From assembly GCA_048266525.1 (NCBI GenBank), contig JBLWZG010000008.1, positions 3,136-67,135 on the forward strand: a stretch of DNA of 64,000 nucleotides. Direction: 5' to 3'. Positions 1 through 9,649 of the stretch are shown here, piece by piece (positions within the stretch are counted from its first letter, which is position 1; the number at the start of each line of letters is the position of its first letter). Origin of the DNA: Pseudomonas sp. GTDB taxonomy: Bacteria > Pseudomonadota > Gammaproteobacteria > Pseudomonadales > Pseudomonadaceae. Made by a program: the position numbers and the translations under genes. The notes below the pieces were generated by a model. The model searched no databases. It was given only the letters and a program-made list of their open reading frames with translations, and was not told the DNA's origin.

Positions 1-2022
1 GGATTATCCAGTCCTAAGCGTTATTTGTGGGATGAAAACGCCTATGATCATGGTTGGCGTTTTAATTCCTCTTACATTAAAAGTGACACGGAAGCACATG
101 CCACTGCGGCGCCATTTTCCCATTTGATCGATGAATACGGGGAAGCCTTATTTACCTTGGATGAAGATGACCGTTTGCCGGTTTTCTTGCCGCGCTATTC
201 GCGCAGTTCCTTGATGACTTTTATGTTGGCCGAAGTGCTCGCCCAAGCACTGTGTCAAATCAACAGTCCGGCCCAGCGTGCACGCCAAGGGCAGACAGAC
301 ACACCGCGCCGCCTCAATAGCATTACCCTGACTGTACCGCCGGGTATGGCGCAAGCTGAGCGTGCTATTTTGCAAGAGCGCTTAAACCAAGCGATCGTTT
401 TAGTGTGGAAAAGCCTCGGTTGGCACAGCGGTGAAGAGTCGCCGTTTCTTGCCGGTAAAGAAGCCAATCCCTTTAATCCTAAGCCAAGCGTGCCAATGCC
501 CAAAACCAGCGTGGAGTGGGATGAGGCGTCTTGTGGACAGCTGGTCTACCTCTTCACCGAAATTAATGAGCACTTTGGTGGTCACCCTGAAGAGTTCTTC
601 AAAGCGATTTTGCGGCCGGATAAGAAACTGCAAAAACGTGATGAAAGAATCACTTTGGCCAGCATTGATATCGGTGGCGGCACCACTGACCTGGTGATTA
701 CTGAGTACCGGCTTGATCGTGCCGGGAGTAATAGCAGCGGCAGTAACGTGCATATTGTGCCCAAGCAGCTGTTTCGTGACAGCTTCAAAGTGGCCGGTGA
801 TGACATTGTTTTAGATGTGATCCAAACCTTTATTTTGCCCAGCTTCGCCCATGCGCTGGAAAACATTGGGATTAAAGAGACAGAGGCTTTGCTGGCCATT
901 TTGTGCGGCAACGACTCGGTCAGTACGCAAAACCAAATTTATCGTCAGCAGCTGACTTTGCAGGTGTTTGTCCCGATTGCCTTGAGCATTTTAAAGAAAT
1001 ACGAAGACTACAATCCGGAAGAGCCAGAGGGGCGTTTGACCTTCAGCTATGAGGAGCTGATGCAGGGTTCAAGAGCCAGCCCTGAGGTGCAAGACTTTGT
1101 TGTGAGTATGTTGCGGCGCAATCTGCGACGCAATGACATTGTGTTTGATGTGCATACAGTCAACATCGACATTGACTTACAAAAGCTGCATGGCATGTTT
1201 TTGTCAGGGAAAATAACCATCACCGATTCACTGTCGGCACTCTGTGAAGTGATCACCCAGTACCCTTGTGACATGTTGTTATTAACCGGTCGACCATCGC
1301 GCTTACCGGGTCTGCAAGCCTTTGTGCGTAAGAGTCTGCCGCTGCCTCCAGGGCGTATTTTACCGATGCACAACTACCATACCGGTGGTTGGTACCCGTT
1401 CCATAAAAACGGCATGATCGATGATCCAAAAACCACCGCAGCAGTCGGCGCGATGCTCTGTATGTTGTCGGCCAACTACAGCATTTTAAGTTTCTACTTC
1501 CGCTCGATTGATTTAAAGCCGTACTCCACCATTCGTTATTTTGGCGTGATTGATAATACCAACCATGTCAGTCTCGGTGACGTGCTCTACAGTGATATCA
1601 AAACGGCAGATGGCAAAATGCAATTGCCCAGCGAAGATGGAACTGAAGAAAGCGAGACACCGCCACTTGAGTTCCGTGGTGATATTCGCTTGGGTTTCCG
1701 TCAATTACCGATTCAGCGCTGGACCGCATCGCCTTTGTACACCTTGCGTTTTACTGACTCAGGTAAAGAAAAGTACACCCGCGCATCGAAGCAGAATAAT
1801 GAAATTCCTGTCTTAAAAATTCGTTTTAAAGTTAAGGATCCGACTGAGTATATGAAGAAGATGGGTATTAATAGTGACCGTTTAGAGGTCTCGAAAGTTG
1901 AGTGCAGCGTCACTAGCAGCACCTTCAATCTGCGCACAGACTTTAAGCTTGAGCTCAATACAATGCTAGATACCGATATGAGTGATACCAATTATTGGCT
2001 TGATAGTGGGAATGTGAAATGA
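1..2022 (+). CDS. srfB: SrfB-family protein (actin/Hsp70-like ATPase fold), 5' end cut by window edge
   Basis: Frame 1 is open from base 1 (GLSSPKRYLWDEN...), so the TTG at 25 in the ORF track is not the true start. The overall sequence is recognised as the SrfB family. It carries IDIGGGTTDL (phosphate-1-like) and LLLTGRPSRLPG motifs. Its stop overlaps the next ATG (ATGA at 2019-2022). Confidence 0.8.
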   Translation, partial: GLSSPKRYLWDENAYDHGWRFNSSYIKSDTEAHATAAPFSHLIDEYGEALFTLDEDDRLPVFLPRYSRSSLMTFMLAEVLAQALCQINSPAQRARQGQTDTPRRLNSITLTVPPGMAQAERAILQERLNQAIVLVWKSLGWHSGEESPFLAGKEANPFNPKPSVPMPKTSVEWDEASCGQLVYLFTEINEHFGGHPEEFFKAILRPDKKLQKRDERITLASIDIGGGTTDLVITEYRLDRAGSNSSGSNVHIVPKQLFRDSFKVAGDDIVLDVIQTFILPSFAHALENIGIKETEALLAILCGNDSVSTQNQIYRQQLTLQVFVPIALSILKKYEDYNPEEPEGRLTFSYEELMQGSRASPEVQDFVVSMLRRNLRRNDIVFDVHTVNIDIDLQKLHGMFLSGKITITDSLSALCEVITQYPCDMLLLTGRPSRLPGLQAFVRKSLPLPPGRILPMHNYHTGGWYPFHKNGMIDDPKTTAAVGAMLCMLSANYSILSFYFRSIDLKPYSTIRYFGVIDNTNHVSLGDVLYSDIKTADGKMQLPSEDGTEESETPPLEFRGDIRLGFRQLPIQRWTASPLYTLRFTDSGKEKYTRASKQNNEIPVLKIRFKVKDPTEYMKKMGINSDRLEVSKVECSVTSSTFNLRTDFKLELNTMLDTDMSDTNYWLDSGNVK

Positions 2023-4715
2023 CTGTACGTACATTAACCGCAAAGCAAAGTCAGCTGATTGCCAAGTGGAAGGCTGTCTATGCGGGTTCTGAACAGGCGC
2101 TGAACTGGATTGCTCAGACGCGCGCAAACGCCCCCCGTTTGGATGCTGAGGCCGATGATTTTAATCTAAAGCTGTACCGCGCCCGTAACCTTGCGCGCAG
2201 TCTACAGCGTGTCGCTGGCACGCCGATGACGGTAGGCTTTTTCGGTTTATCGCAAGCCGGCAAGTCATACTTGATTTCTGCACTGGCCGCTGATCAAGAC
2301 GGCGAGCTAGAAACAGATATTGGTAACAGTCAGACACTTAATTTTATCGACCATTTCAACCCAGTGGGCAGCGGTAAAGAGGCGACAGGCTTGGTCACGC
2401 GCTTTACTTGTCAAAGCCAGCCGATTGAAGATGCAAACTATCCGCTGCAATTGCGCCTGTTTCAAGAAATTGAAATTGCCATGATTTTGTCCAACGCCTG
2501 GTTCAAAGACTTTGATCAAGAGCGGGTTGATTTCAAAATCAGCGAAGAGTTGATTCAGCGTGTCCTTGCGCCGTATGACAACCTCGATACCACGCAACCG
2601 GTTGCCGGGGTCAGTGCCGAAGACATTGTGGCGCTGGCCGACTACTTGCACGCCACTTCCAAAAACTCAGTGGGTAAGCTTGAAGCGCACTACTGGCCAC
2701 GCTTAATTAAAATTGCACCTTATCTAAGCATTGCGCAGCGCGCCGATGTGTTCTCGATTCTTTGGGGTCAGCAAGCTTTATTGAGTAAAACCTACGTTGA
2801 GTTAAGCACGGCTTTGCATAAAGTGAGCTTGGCCGACATTGTGTATGCGCCGATCAGTGTGTTGGTGCAGCCGCGAGGTGACGCGCTGGTACAAAGCAAC
2901 AGCATTATGAATGTTGATACTTTGAACTTGCTACTAACGTCGCGTGATACCTCAGTGCAAGTACGTCCCATGCTTAATGGACAGCTGGGTCAAGCGCAGT
3001 CCATTTTAACGGCGCAATTGACCGCACTGACCACAGAAATGGTTTTCCCTCTCGCCAGTGCACCAAAAAATAAAATTGTTGAAGAGGTTGATTTACTCGA
3101 TTTTCCGGGCTATCGCACCCGCCAGCAATTTATCAAGATTGAAGATGCCGCTGCTTCTGACTCTGAAGCCAGCCCTGTTGCGCGTTTACTTCTGCGCGGC
3201 AAGGTGGCCTATTTGTTTGAGCGCTACACCACTTCGCAAGAAATGAGTGCGTTGGTCATGTGCACCAGCTCTTTCAAACAAAGTGATGTGGTGACTGTAG
3301 GCCCGGTGTTAACCGACTGGATCAATAACACCCAAGGAGCCACAGCCGAGGAGCGCCAGGGGCGTTGCGGTTTGATTTGGGCGTTAACCATGATGGACGG
3401 TTTTATCACTAGCTCGCTCAGCCTTAAAACTGAGCAAGTGCCTGAAGCCTGTGAAAACATGCTCAAACTGACCATGATGGAGCGTTTTGGCAATTTAAAC
3501 TGGATGCAAGAGTGGGGTTTGGGCAAACCTTTCAATAATACCTTTTTTGTCCGCAAGCCGGGTTTGCAAACACCTTTTATTCAGCTTGATGGGCAAGAGC
3601 GTGAGGTCAATCTCGCCGAGCAGCATATCGGTAAACTCAGCGAGTTGCGGCAAACCTTAGTGGCTACGCCCTCTGTTGTGCGTCACATAGCCAACGCTGG
3701 CGAAGCCTGGGATGCGATGTTGCTGTTGAATGATGGTGGTATGGCGCGCTTTACCGAAAGCTTTACCAATGCGGCCAATATTGAGTTTAAACTGGATCGT
3801 ATTCAGCAGCAGTGGCAACAGCTCGATGACAGCCTGACAGGAGGTTTGAGACGTTGGTATCAAGCCGATGGCGATGCCGCCCTAGATGAAAAACGTGGCA
3901 AAGCGCAGTTGGTGCTGCAGGGCTTGGGCCCTTATGCGGCCTCTATAGGCGAGTTGATGCAGTATATGGCGGTGCCAGATGATGTCTTGCGCAACTTATA
4001 TTTAAGTGGCGTTTACGAAGACAATAACAGCGATGCCAGTGCAGACACCGCAAGCACCAGTAGCAGCCTGTATTCCAATGACGCGGGTTTTGATTTTGGC
4101 AATATTTTCAGTACGGAAACTGCAGCGCCAGTGCTGGAAAACACCACGCGTAAAGTCACCAGCCATGAACAACGGTTTGCCAAAGCGGTATTCAGTGCTT
4201 GGGTGGGTCACTTGCGTGACCTTTCAGAGCGTACGCAAGTGCTTAATATCCTCTCCCTGAAGCGTGAGGTGGTCAGCGCCCTGGTTGATGAAATGATTAC
4301 CTCCAGCTACCGTTTCGGCTTGCAAGATAAGCTGACCGAGGCACTGTTAGCACATGCGCAAACGGGTAATCGCCGCGAGCAAACTGTCGAAAAGCAAATA
4401 CTCACCACGCAGATTATTTTGCAAGATTATATTGCTTGGTTGGGTAATTTAGATTTGCCGGCCAGTCAACGCTCGAAGCGCCATGTCAATAAAGCCCCAG
4501 GCGAGGTGTTTGATTTTTATCCTCAAGAGGGACCAACAGATTTACCGCAACTGCCAGAAAAACCTGAAGATCCAAGCCGCCGCTATTTAATGGATTGGTT
4601 TTCTTCAGTGGTAGATGTGACGTTAAACAATGCTGGGCATAGTCAAGGGCGTGAAATCACCTTGGAACAAAATAATGCTCTGGGTGCGGTTTTACAAACA
4701 TTTAAGGCATTTTAA
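2019..4715 (+). CDS. srfC: SrfC-family protein, P-loop (dynamin-like) GTPase
   Basis: 898-aa ORF. G1/Walker A is GLSQAGKSYLISAL and a DxxG-type G3 is LLDFPGYR. Family recognised as SrfC. It is translationally coupled to srfB. Confidence 0.8.
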   Translation: MTVRTLTAKQSQLIAKWKAVYAGSEQALNWIAQTRANAPRLDAEADDFNLKLYRARNLARSLQRVAGTPMTVGFFGLSQAGKSYLISALAADQDGELETDIGNSQTLNFIDHFNPVGSGKEATGLVTRFTCQSQPIEDANYPLQLRLFQEIEIAMILSNAWFKDFDQERVDFKISEELIQRVLAPYDNLDTTQPVAGVSAEDIVALADYLHATSKNSVGKLEAHYWPRLIKIAPYLSIAQRADVFSILWGQQALLSKTYVELSTALHKVSLADIVYAPISVLVQPRGDALVQSNSIMNVDTLNLLLTSRDTSVQVRPMLNGQLGQAQSILTAQLTALTTEMVFPLASAPKNKIVEEVDLLDFPGYRTRQQFIKIEDAAASDSEASPVARLLLRGKVAYLFERYTTSQEMSALVMCTSSFKQSDVVTVGPVLTDWINNTQGATAEERQGRCGLIWALTMMDGFITSSLSLKTEQVPEACENMLKLTMMERFGNLNWMQEWGLGKPFNNTFFVRKPGLQTPFIQLDGQEREVNLAEQHIGKLSELRQTLVATPSVVRHIANAGEAWDAMLLLNDGGMARFTESFTNAANIEFKLDRIQQQWQQLDDSLTGGLRRWYQADGDAALDEKRGKAQLVLQGLGPYAASIGELMQYMAVPDDVLRNLYLSGVYEDNNSDASADTASTSSSLYSNDAGFDFGNIFSTETAAPVLENTTRKVTSHEQRFAKAVFSAWVGHLRDLSERTQVLNILSLKREVVSALVDEMITSSYRFGLQDKLTEALLAHAQTGNRREQTVEKQILTTQIILQDYIAWLGNLDLPASQRSKRHVNKAPGEVFDFYPQEGPTDLPQLPEKPEDPSRRYLMDWFSSVVDVTLNNAGHSQGREITLEQNNALGAVLQTFKAF

Positions 4716-4717
4716 GC

Positions 4718-5803
4718 ATGAGAATTAATGTTCGCTTAGATTCACTAGCGCCGAATATTCCTGGTCAGGCGCAGATGTCGATTAAAAACTGGAGCGGTGA
4801 GGTGAGCGGCTTAAAGTTCACCGTGCAACGCCACCAAGACCTCGGTTATTTAAACGGCGTACAACATGATTGGAGCAATAGTGAATATTGGTTCCAACTC
4901 AGTAGTGTCGAGCAGGATGGAGAGTTTCTGCGCGTTAATATCGGTGCAGACTTACTTGATCCGTTGCTTGAAGACATTAACGCCAACTACCGCATTACGC
5001 TGCGTAACAATGACGGTGTAAACCAGTCTGGCACGCTTAAAATTGCTTCCAGCTTGCTGCCCAGCAGTGCCTTGGGTAGCAGTCAGGCGCATCAAGCCTC
5101 AGGTCATCTTTCATCCCCTGTTGCAGCTTCTGTGCCAGAGCCACAGGCAGAACCACAGCCAGAACCAGAGTTCAGTTTAGACTTGCCGGCAGAAGAGTCC
5201 GAGCCCCAAATCGTGGTGGAGGAGCAAACGCCTGTTGCCGCCGCAGAGCCGGTTGTCAGTGCGCCGCCAGCACCTTCGCCGCAGGCGAGTAACAGCAGCA
5301 GTAAGAGGGTGTTAATTATTCTTCTGCTTGTGTTGTTGTTGCTAGCAATTGCTGGTGCGGTATGGTGGTTTTTACAGAAAAAAGACACTGCAACCAGCCC
5401 GGTTGCCCCTGTTGCACAAACTGAAGTTGGCGTAAGCCCTCCAGCCGCTGTTGCGGCGGGCGTATGTTCGCTGGCCAGTATGCAAGCGCAAGATGAGCTG
5501 AGCTTTATTCAAAACTGCTTGCAAGAATCAAATGACAGTCAGGCATTGCTCGAGGTGATTGGTCAGGCTAAAGCCAACAGTCACTGTGGTATTGCGCAGC
5601 GTTTATATGCCAATCGAGCGCAGTCAGGTGATGCGCTGATTGCTCTGGCCTACGCCAAAGAATACGACCCTGAGTTTTTCGTCGCCAATGATTGTTTCAA
5701 AGAAGCCAATATAGAAACGGCTGTGTATTGGTATGAAACTGTGCTGTTGAATCAACCTGACAATGCTGAAGCAGCTCAACGCTTAGAAGGATTAGTCCAG
5801 TGA
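4718..5803 (+). CDS. Bitopic membrane protein: N-terminal domain, Pro/Glu-rich linker, one TM helix, C-terminal Sel1/TPR-like repeats
   Basis: The ATG lies 2 nt after the srfC stop. The linker reads PEPQAEPQPEPEF, the TM helix is VLIILLLVLLLLAIAGAVWWFL, and the C-terminus (AQRLYANRAQSGDALIALAYAKEYD...AVYWYETVLLNQPDNAEAAQRL) looks like Sel1 repeats. Confidence 0.6.
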   Translation: MRINVRLDSLAPNIPGQAQMSIKNWSGEVSGLKFTVQRHQDLGYLNGVQHDWSNSEYWFQLSSVEQDGEFLRVNIGADLLDPLLEDINANYRITLRNNDGVNQSGTLKIASSLLPSSALGSSQAHQASGHLSSPVAASVPEPQAEPQPEPEFSLDLPAEESEPQIVVEEQTPVAAAEPVVSAPPAPSPQASNSSSKRVLIILLLVLLLLAIAGAVWWFLQKKDTATSPVAPVAQTEVGVSPPAAVAAGVCSLASMQAQDELSFIQNCLQESNDSQALLEVIGQAKANSHCGIAQRLYANRAQSGDALIALAYAKEYDPEFFVANDCFKEANIETAVYWYETVLLNQPDNAEAAQRLEGLVQ

Positions 5804-7743
5804 AATTAACTCTAACTCGCTTGGCGTGTACGCTGCTGGGCTCATTAAGTTTCAGTATGCTTGCTATAGCTGCGGATACACCCTTGTTGCAAGAGGGCAA
5901 AAAGACCTTGTACCAGCGCGTGTTAACCACGCCAGGTTGCCAGTTGGCCACTCAGGCTGGGCAACGCAAAGGAGTCGAGCAGGCTGCATTTAGCCGCTTT
6001 TATGTGTACGAGCGTGACAGCAGTGCTGGCAGTGAGTGGCTTAAAGTTGGGCCTGACAGCTATGGTAAAACCATTGGTTGGCTGCCCGCGAGCTGTGTGG
6101 TGGACTGGAAAATGCAGTTGACCTTAGCCTTTACCAACCCAGCGAATCGCGATCGTATGTTGTTTTTTAAAGATCGCCTCGCGTTAGAAAATATTTTGGA
6201 TTCAGAAAACCCTGCAGCGGCTGTTGAGCCATTGCGTGCATCGCTCAAATCGAAAAACACCGCTCAGAGCGTGTTAGCGCAAGAGCCAGAGTTCTACATC
6301 GACTTACAAAAGCAGTTTTATTTGCTGCCTATTTTAAGCGGTGAAGAAGTCATGACTGAAGAAGGTTTTCGCGCACGGGTACTCAATGTAGCTTCCGTCT
6401 CCAAGGATGATGGCAACTCTGCGGCCGCTCCAGATGTGACCAATCAGTTAAAAGAGTTCAGCGCCGCTGTTGTCTTTGTGATTGATTCAACCATCTCCAT
6501 GCAGCCGTACATTGAGCGCACGCGACAAGCCATTGAGAATATTTACAAGCGCGTTGAAGAAGAAAACCTGAGTAAGCAAGTGAAGTTTGGTCTGATTTCT
6601 TTTCGCAGCAGTACCAAAGATCGAGCGGGCCTTGAGTACTTAACCAAAATGTACGCTGACCCCAGTACGGTTAAAGATGGTGCTGATTTCTTAAATAAAA
6701 TCAAAGGCTTACAGCAGGCTAAAGTGTCTACTGCATATTGGCATGAAGACCCTATGGCCGGTGTCATGCAAGCGATTGAGCAGATTAAGTGGAACGAGTT
6801 TGGTGCCCGTTACATCGTCTTAATTACGGATGCCAGTGCGATCGAGGGTGATGATGTTTTAAGCTCAACAGGTCTGAGCGCCGAGCAAGTTCGCATCGAA
6901 GCGAGCAAGCCAGGCGTCGCCATTTACACCTTGCACCTAAAAACCCCAAAAGGTGAGAAAGATCACGCGCGCGCTGAAGCACAGTATCAAACCCTGTCCA
7001 CCTACTCATCGACCAATACCTCTCTTTATTACCCGGTTAATGCCGGTGACGTTGAGCAATTTGGGCAGAAAGTCGATGCGTTGGCCAATGCCATTACTGG
7101 CCAAGTAAAAGCTGCTTATATCGGTGACGATGCGGTTGGCAGTGCCGCAAATGCGCAGACTGTTGAAGAAGATAAACTGCTCGCAGACGCCAAGTTAATT
7201 GGCCATGCCATGCAGTTGGCTTATTTGGGTAATAAAACCGGCGCTAAAGCGCCGCCGGTGTTTCAGGCATGGATCAGTGACCGCGACTTGGTCAAACAAA
7301 ATATCCCCACCACCGATGTGCGAGTGCTGCTGACAAAAGCGCAATTAAGTGATCTGAGCGACATCATGAAAGAGATCTTAAATGCGGCCAATGAAGGTTT
7401 GATTTCGCCTTCGGAAATGTTCAGTCGTCTACGTTCAGTGGCCGCAACTATGGGCGCTGACCCCAATCAGCTGCAACAAAAAAACAGCACTAAGCTGGCC
7501 GAGCTGGGTGTGATGGGCGAGTACCTAGAAGATTTACCCTACCAAAGTGAAGTGCTCAACTTAGACGAAGAAACCTGGAAAGGTTGGGACGGCTTAGCTC
7601 AAGAAAAGTTTATCCGTAATGTCAGTACAAAGCTGCGTCACTACCAGCGCTATAACGCTGATGTGGATCGCTGGGTCAAGCTCACTGCCAGCGCCGACGC
7701 CCGTGAAGATGTGTACCCTGTGCCGCTGGAGATGATGCCTTAA
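5800..7743 (+). CDS. Secreted von Willebrand factor A (vWA) domain protein
   Basis: The GTG start overlaps the upstream stop (GTGA). Signal peptide is MKLTLTRLACTLLGSLSFSMLAIAA. The MIDAS-type DxSxS motif is VFVIDSTISM, with a later IVLITDASA. Confidence 0.75.
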   Translation: MKLTLTRLACTLLGSLSFSMLAIAADTPLLQEGKKTLYQRVLTTPGCQLATQAGQRKGVEQAAFSRFYVYERDSSAGSEWLKVGPDSYGKTIGWLPASCVVDWKMQLTLAFTNPANRDRMLFFKDRLALENILDSENPAAAVEPLRASLKSKNTAQSVLAQEPEFYIDLQKQFYLLPILSGEEVMTEEGFRARVLNVASVSKDDGNSAAAPDVTNQLKEFSAAVVFVIDSTISMQPYIERTRQAIENIYKRVEEENLSKQVKFGLISFRSSTKDRAGLEYLTKMYADPSTVKDGADFLNKIKGLQQAKVSTAYWHEDPMAGVMQAIEQIKWNEFGARYIVLITDASAIEGDDVLSSTGLSAEQVRIEASKPGVAIYTLHLKTPKGEKDHARAEAQYQTLSTYSSTNTSLYYPVNAGDVEQFGQKVDALANAITGQVKAAYIGDDAVGSAANAQTVEEDKLLADAKLIGHAMQLAYLGNKTGAKAPPVFQAWISDRDLVKQNIPTTDVRVLLTKAQLSDLSDIMKEILNAANEGLISPSEMFSRLRSVAATMGADPNQLQQKNSTKLAELGVMGEYLEDLPYQSEVLNLDEETWKGWDGLAQEKFIRNVSTKLRHYQRYNADVDRWVKLTASADAREDVYPVPLEMMP

Positions 7744-8445
7744 ATGCTCACTGTTCAAGGATTGAAAATAACCCGAGGGAGTGGTGAGCAACAACATCAA
7801 GTGGTGCTGCCGCACCTTGAGTTGGCCGCCGGTCAAGTGCTGGCGGTCACCGGTGAAAGTGGCTGTGGTAAAAGCACTTTATTGGAAGTCTTAGGTTTGC
7901 TGCTCAAGCCTGACCGAGTGGATATTTTCCAGTTGGGGCAGCCAAGCATCGATATCGTTGACTTACAACTCAAGCAGAATGAAAGTGTGTTGGCGCAGAT
8001 ACGTGCGCAACGCTTAGGCTTTGTTCTGCAAAACGGTGGCTTACTGCCGTATCTCAATGTGCGCGATAACATTCAGCTGCCACGCCGTATCTTAGGTTTA
8101 AGCGCTGACAGTGCGCGTATCCAACAGGCGATTGCCACCCTCAAACTTGAGCATTTGCTGGATAAATTGCCGCAAGCTTTATCGATTGGTGAGCGTCAGC
8201 GCGTGGCCTGCTTGCGCGCTATCGCCCATGAGCCTCAGTTGCTCTTGGCCGATGAGCCAACGGCTGCGCTTGACCCGCACAGTGCGCGACGCTTGTTTAA
8301 CCTGTTTCTTGAAGTGGTCAGTGCTTTGCAACTCAGTGCGCTGGTGGTGTCACACGATTGGGCATTGGTTAAAGAGTTTAATTTACCGGTCTTGCACGCT
8401 CATAGTGAGCCAGGAGTCAGCACCTTTGCGCTCGCCCACCGTTAG
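7744..8445 (+). CDS. ABC transporter ATP-binding protein (LolD/MacB-type)
   Basis: The ATG directly abuts the upstream TAA. Walker A GESGCGKST, signature LSIGERQR, Walker B LLLADEPTAALD, H-loop VVSHD. Confidence 0.9.
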   Translation: MLTVQGLKITRGSGEQQHQVVLPHLELAAGQVLAVTGESGCGKSTLLEVLGLLLKPDRVDIFQLGQPSIDIVDLQLKQNESVLAQIRAQRLGFVLQNGGLLPYLNVRDNIQLPRRILGLSADSARIQQAIATLKLEHLLDKLPQALSIGERQRVACLRAIAHEPQLLLADEPTAALDPHSARRLFNLFLEVVSALQLSALVVSHDWALVKEFNLPVLHAHSEPGVSTFALAHR

Positions 8446-9649
8446 TTTTTGGCTATTACTGCGTCTTGCTACGCGTGACCTCTGGCATGACCGCAAGGTG
8501 TCTTTTTGCATTGCCGCCTCTTTGGTTGCGGTGATTGCGCCCTTGCTATTGCTGTTTGGTTTAAAGCATGGGGTGGTCAATCAGTTGCAAGATGAGTTGC
8601 TCAGTGATCCACGTAATCTTGAAATAAAAATGCTCGCCAGTGGCAACTATTCAAGTCAATGGATACAGGATCTACAAGCTACGCCGGGGGTTGGTTTTGC
8701 CATCGGGCAAACCCGCTCACTCAATACCCAGGCCGATTTATTTATTGATAATCGGCGTTTTGTGGAAAACGCCGAGGTGATTCCAACCGCAGCGCATGAT
8801 CCACTGCTCAACAACACTTTGAGTGATTTGCAAGCGGGGCAAACCATTTTGAGCTACAGCGCTGCTCAGCGTTTAAATGTGAACGTGGGCGATACTCTTC
8901 GCCTGCGGGTCTTGCGCAAGTTGGAGCACGTCAATGAGCGCGGTGAGCTGGAGTTAACCATTGTCGCAGTGCTGGATGCCAGCCGTTTTTCCCGTCCTGC
9001 GGCCTTTGTAAACTTGCCTTTACTGATCGCCTTAGAGCAGTTTCGTGACGGTGTCAGCATGCCTGAGTTTGGCTTAGATACCGGTACGCCGCCAGCCAAC
9101 AATCCGGTCAGCTTTTCCAAAGTGCGCCTGTATGCACAGAGCATGGATGATGTGGCGGGGTTAAGTGACCGCTTAGCCGAGCAGCGCATTGAAACCAGCA
9201 GTCGACTGGCTGAAATAGACAGCGTGAAAGCGATTAATCATGTGCTTGGTTTGATTTTTGCAGTGATTGCTTTAACCGCACTGGTCGGCTGCATTGCTTC
9301 ATTGGTGGGCGCGTTTTTAGCCAATATTGACCGCAAGCGTAAAGATTTAGCGGTGCTGAGGCTGCTGGGCTTTACCCATCAAGCGATTGGCGCCTATGTG
9401 ATAGTGCAAGCATTAATCATTACCCTATTGGCCTATCTGGTGGGCTTGTTGCTCTATGCCATCGCCAGTGAGCTGTTCAATAACGTTTTAATCAGTAACC
9501 AAAGTACCAACCAGTTTGCCTGCCAGATTAATCTGAGCCACGGCCTTCTGGCTTTGTTATTGGCTGTGGTGGTAGCGGTATCTGTTTCCTGCATTGGTGC
9601 CGTGCGCGCTATTCGTATTCAACCGGCGGAGAGTTTACGTGAACTATAA
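8426..9649 (+). CDS. FtsX-like ABC permease (MacB/LolCE type, 4 TM with periplasmic domain)
   Basis: The tracked ORF (8111-9649) overlaps the ATPase gene in its first 335 nt, so the realistic start is TTG 8426 or GTG 8405. The N-terminus LRLATRDLWHDRKVSF plus a TM is typical of this type. The C-terminal FtsX module reads RKRKDLAVLRLLGF... Confidence 0.75.
   Translation: MRSPTVSFWLLLRLATRDLWHDRKVSFCIAASLVAVIAPLLLLFGLKHGVVNQLQDELLSDPRNLEIKMLASGNYSSQWIQDLQATPGVGFAIGQTRSLNTQADLFIDNRRFVENAEVIPTAAHDPLLNNTLSDLQAGQTILSYSAAQRLNVNVGDTLRLRVLRKLEHVNERGELELTIVAVLDASRFSRPAAFVNLPLLIALEQFRDGVSMPEFGLDTGTPPANNPVSFSKVRLYAQSMDDVAGLSDRLAEQRIETSSRLAEIDSVKAINHVLGLIFAVIALTALVGCIASLVGAFLANIDRKRKDLAVLRLLGFTHQAIGAYVIVQALIITLLAYLVGLLLYAIASELFNNVLISNQSTNQFACQINLSHGLLALLLAVVVAVSVSCIGAVRAIRIQPAESLREL

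Noticed and set aside
1-4715. Reading srfB/srfC as type III secretion effectors or a pathogenicity island
   Set aside because: The name is historical. The window has no T3SS, integrase, tRNA or compositional break around the locus. The proteins carry cytoplasmic NTPase motifs and sit in an operon with envelope proteins.
8111-8445. N-terminal 110 aa of the tracked 512-aa ORF (8111-9649), which overlaps the ABC ATPase gene in another frame
   Set aside because: The overlapped part has no permease-like features. The recognisable FtsX-type N-terminus (LRLATRDLWHDRK plus a TM) begins right after the ATPase stop. A TTG or GTG start at 8426 or 8405 is far more plausible.
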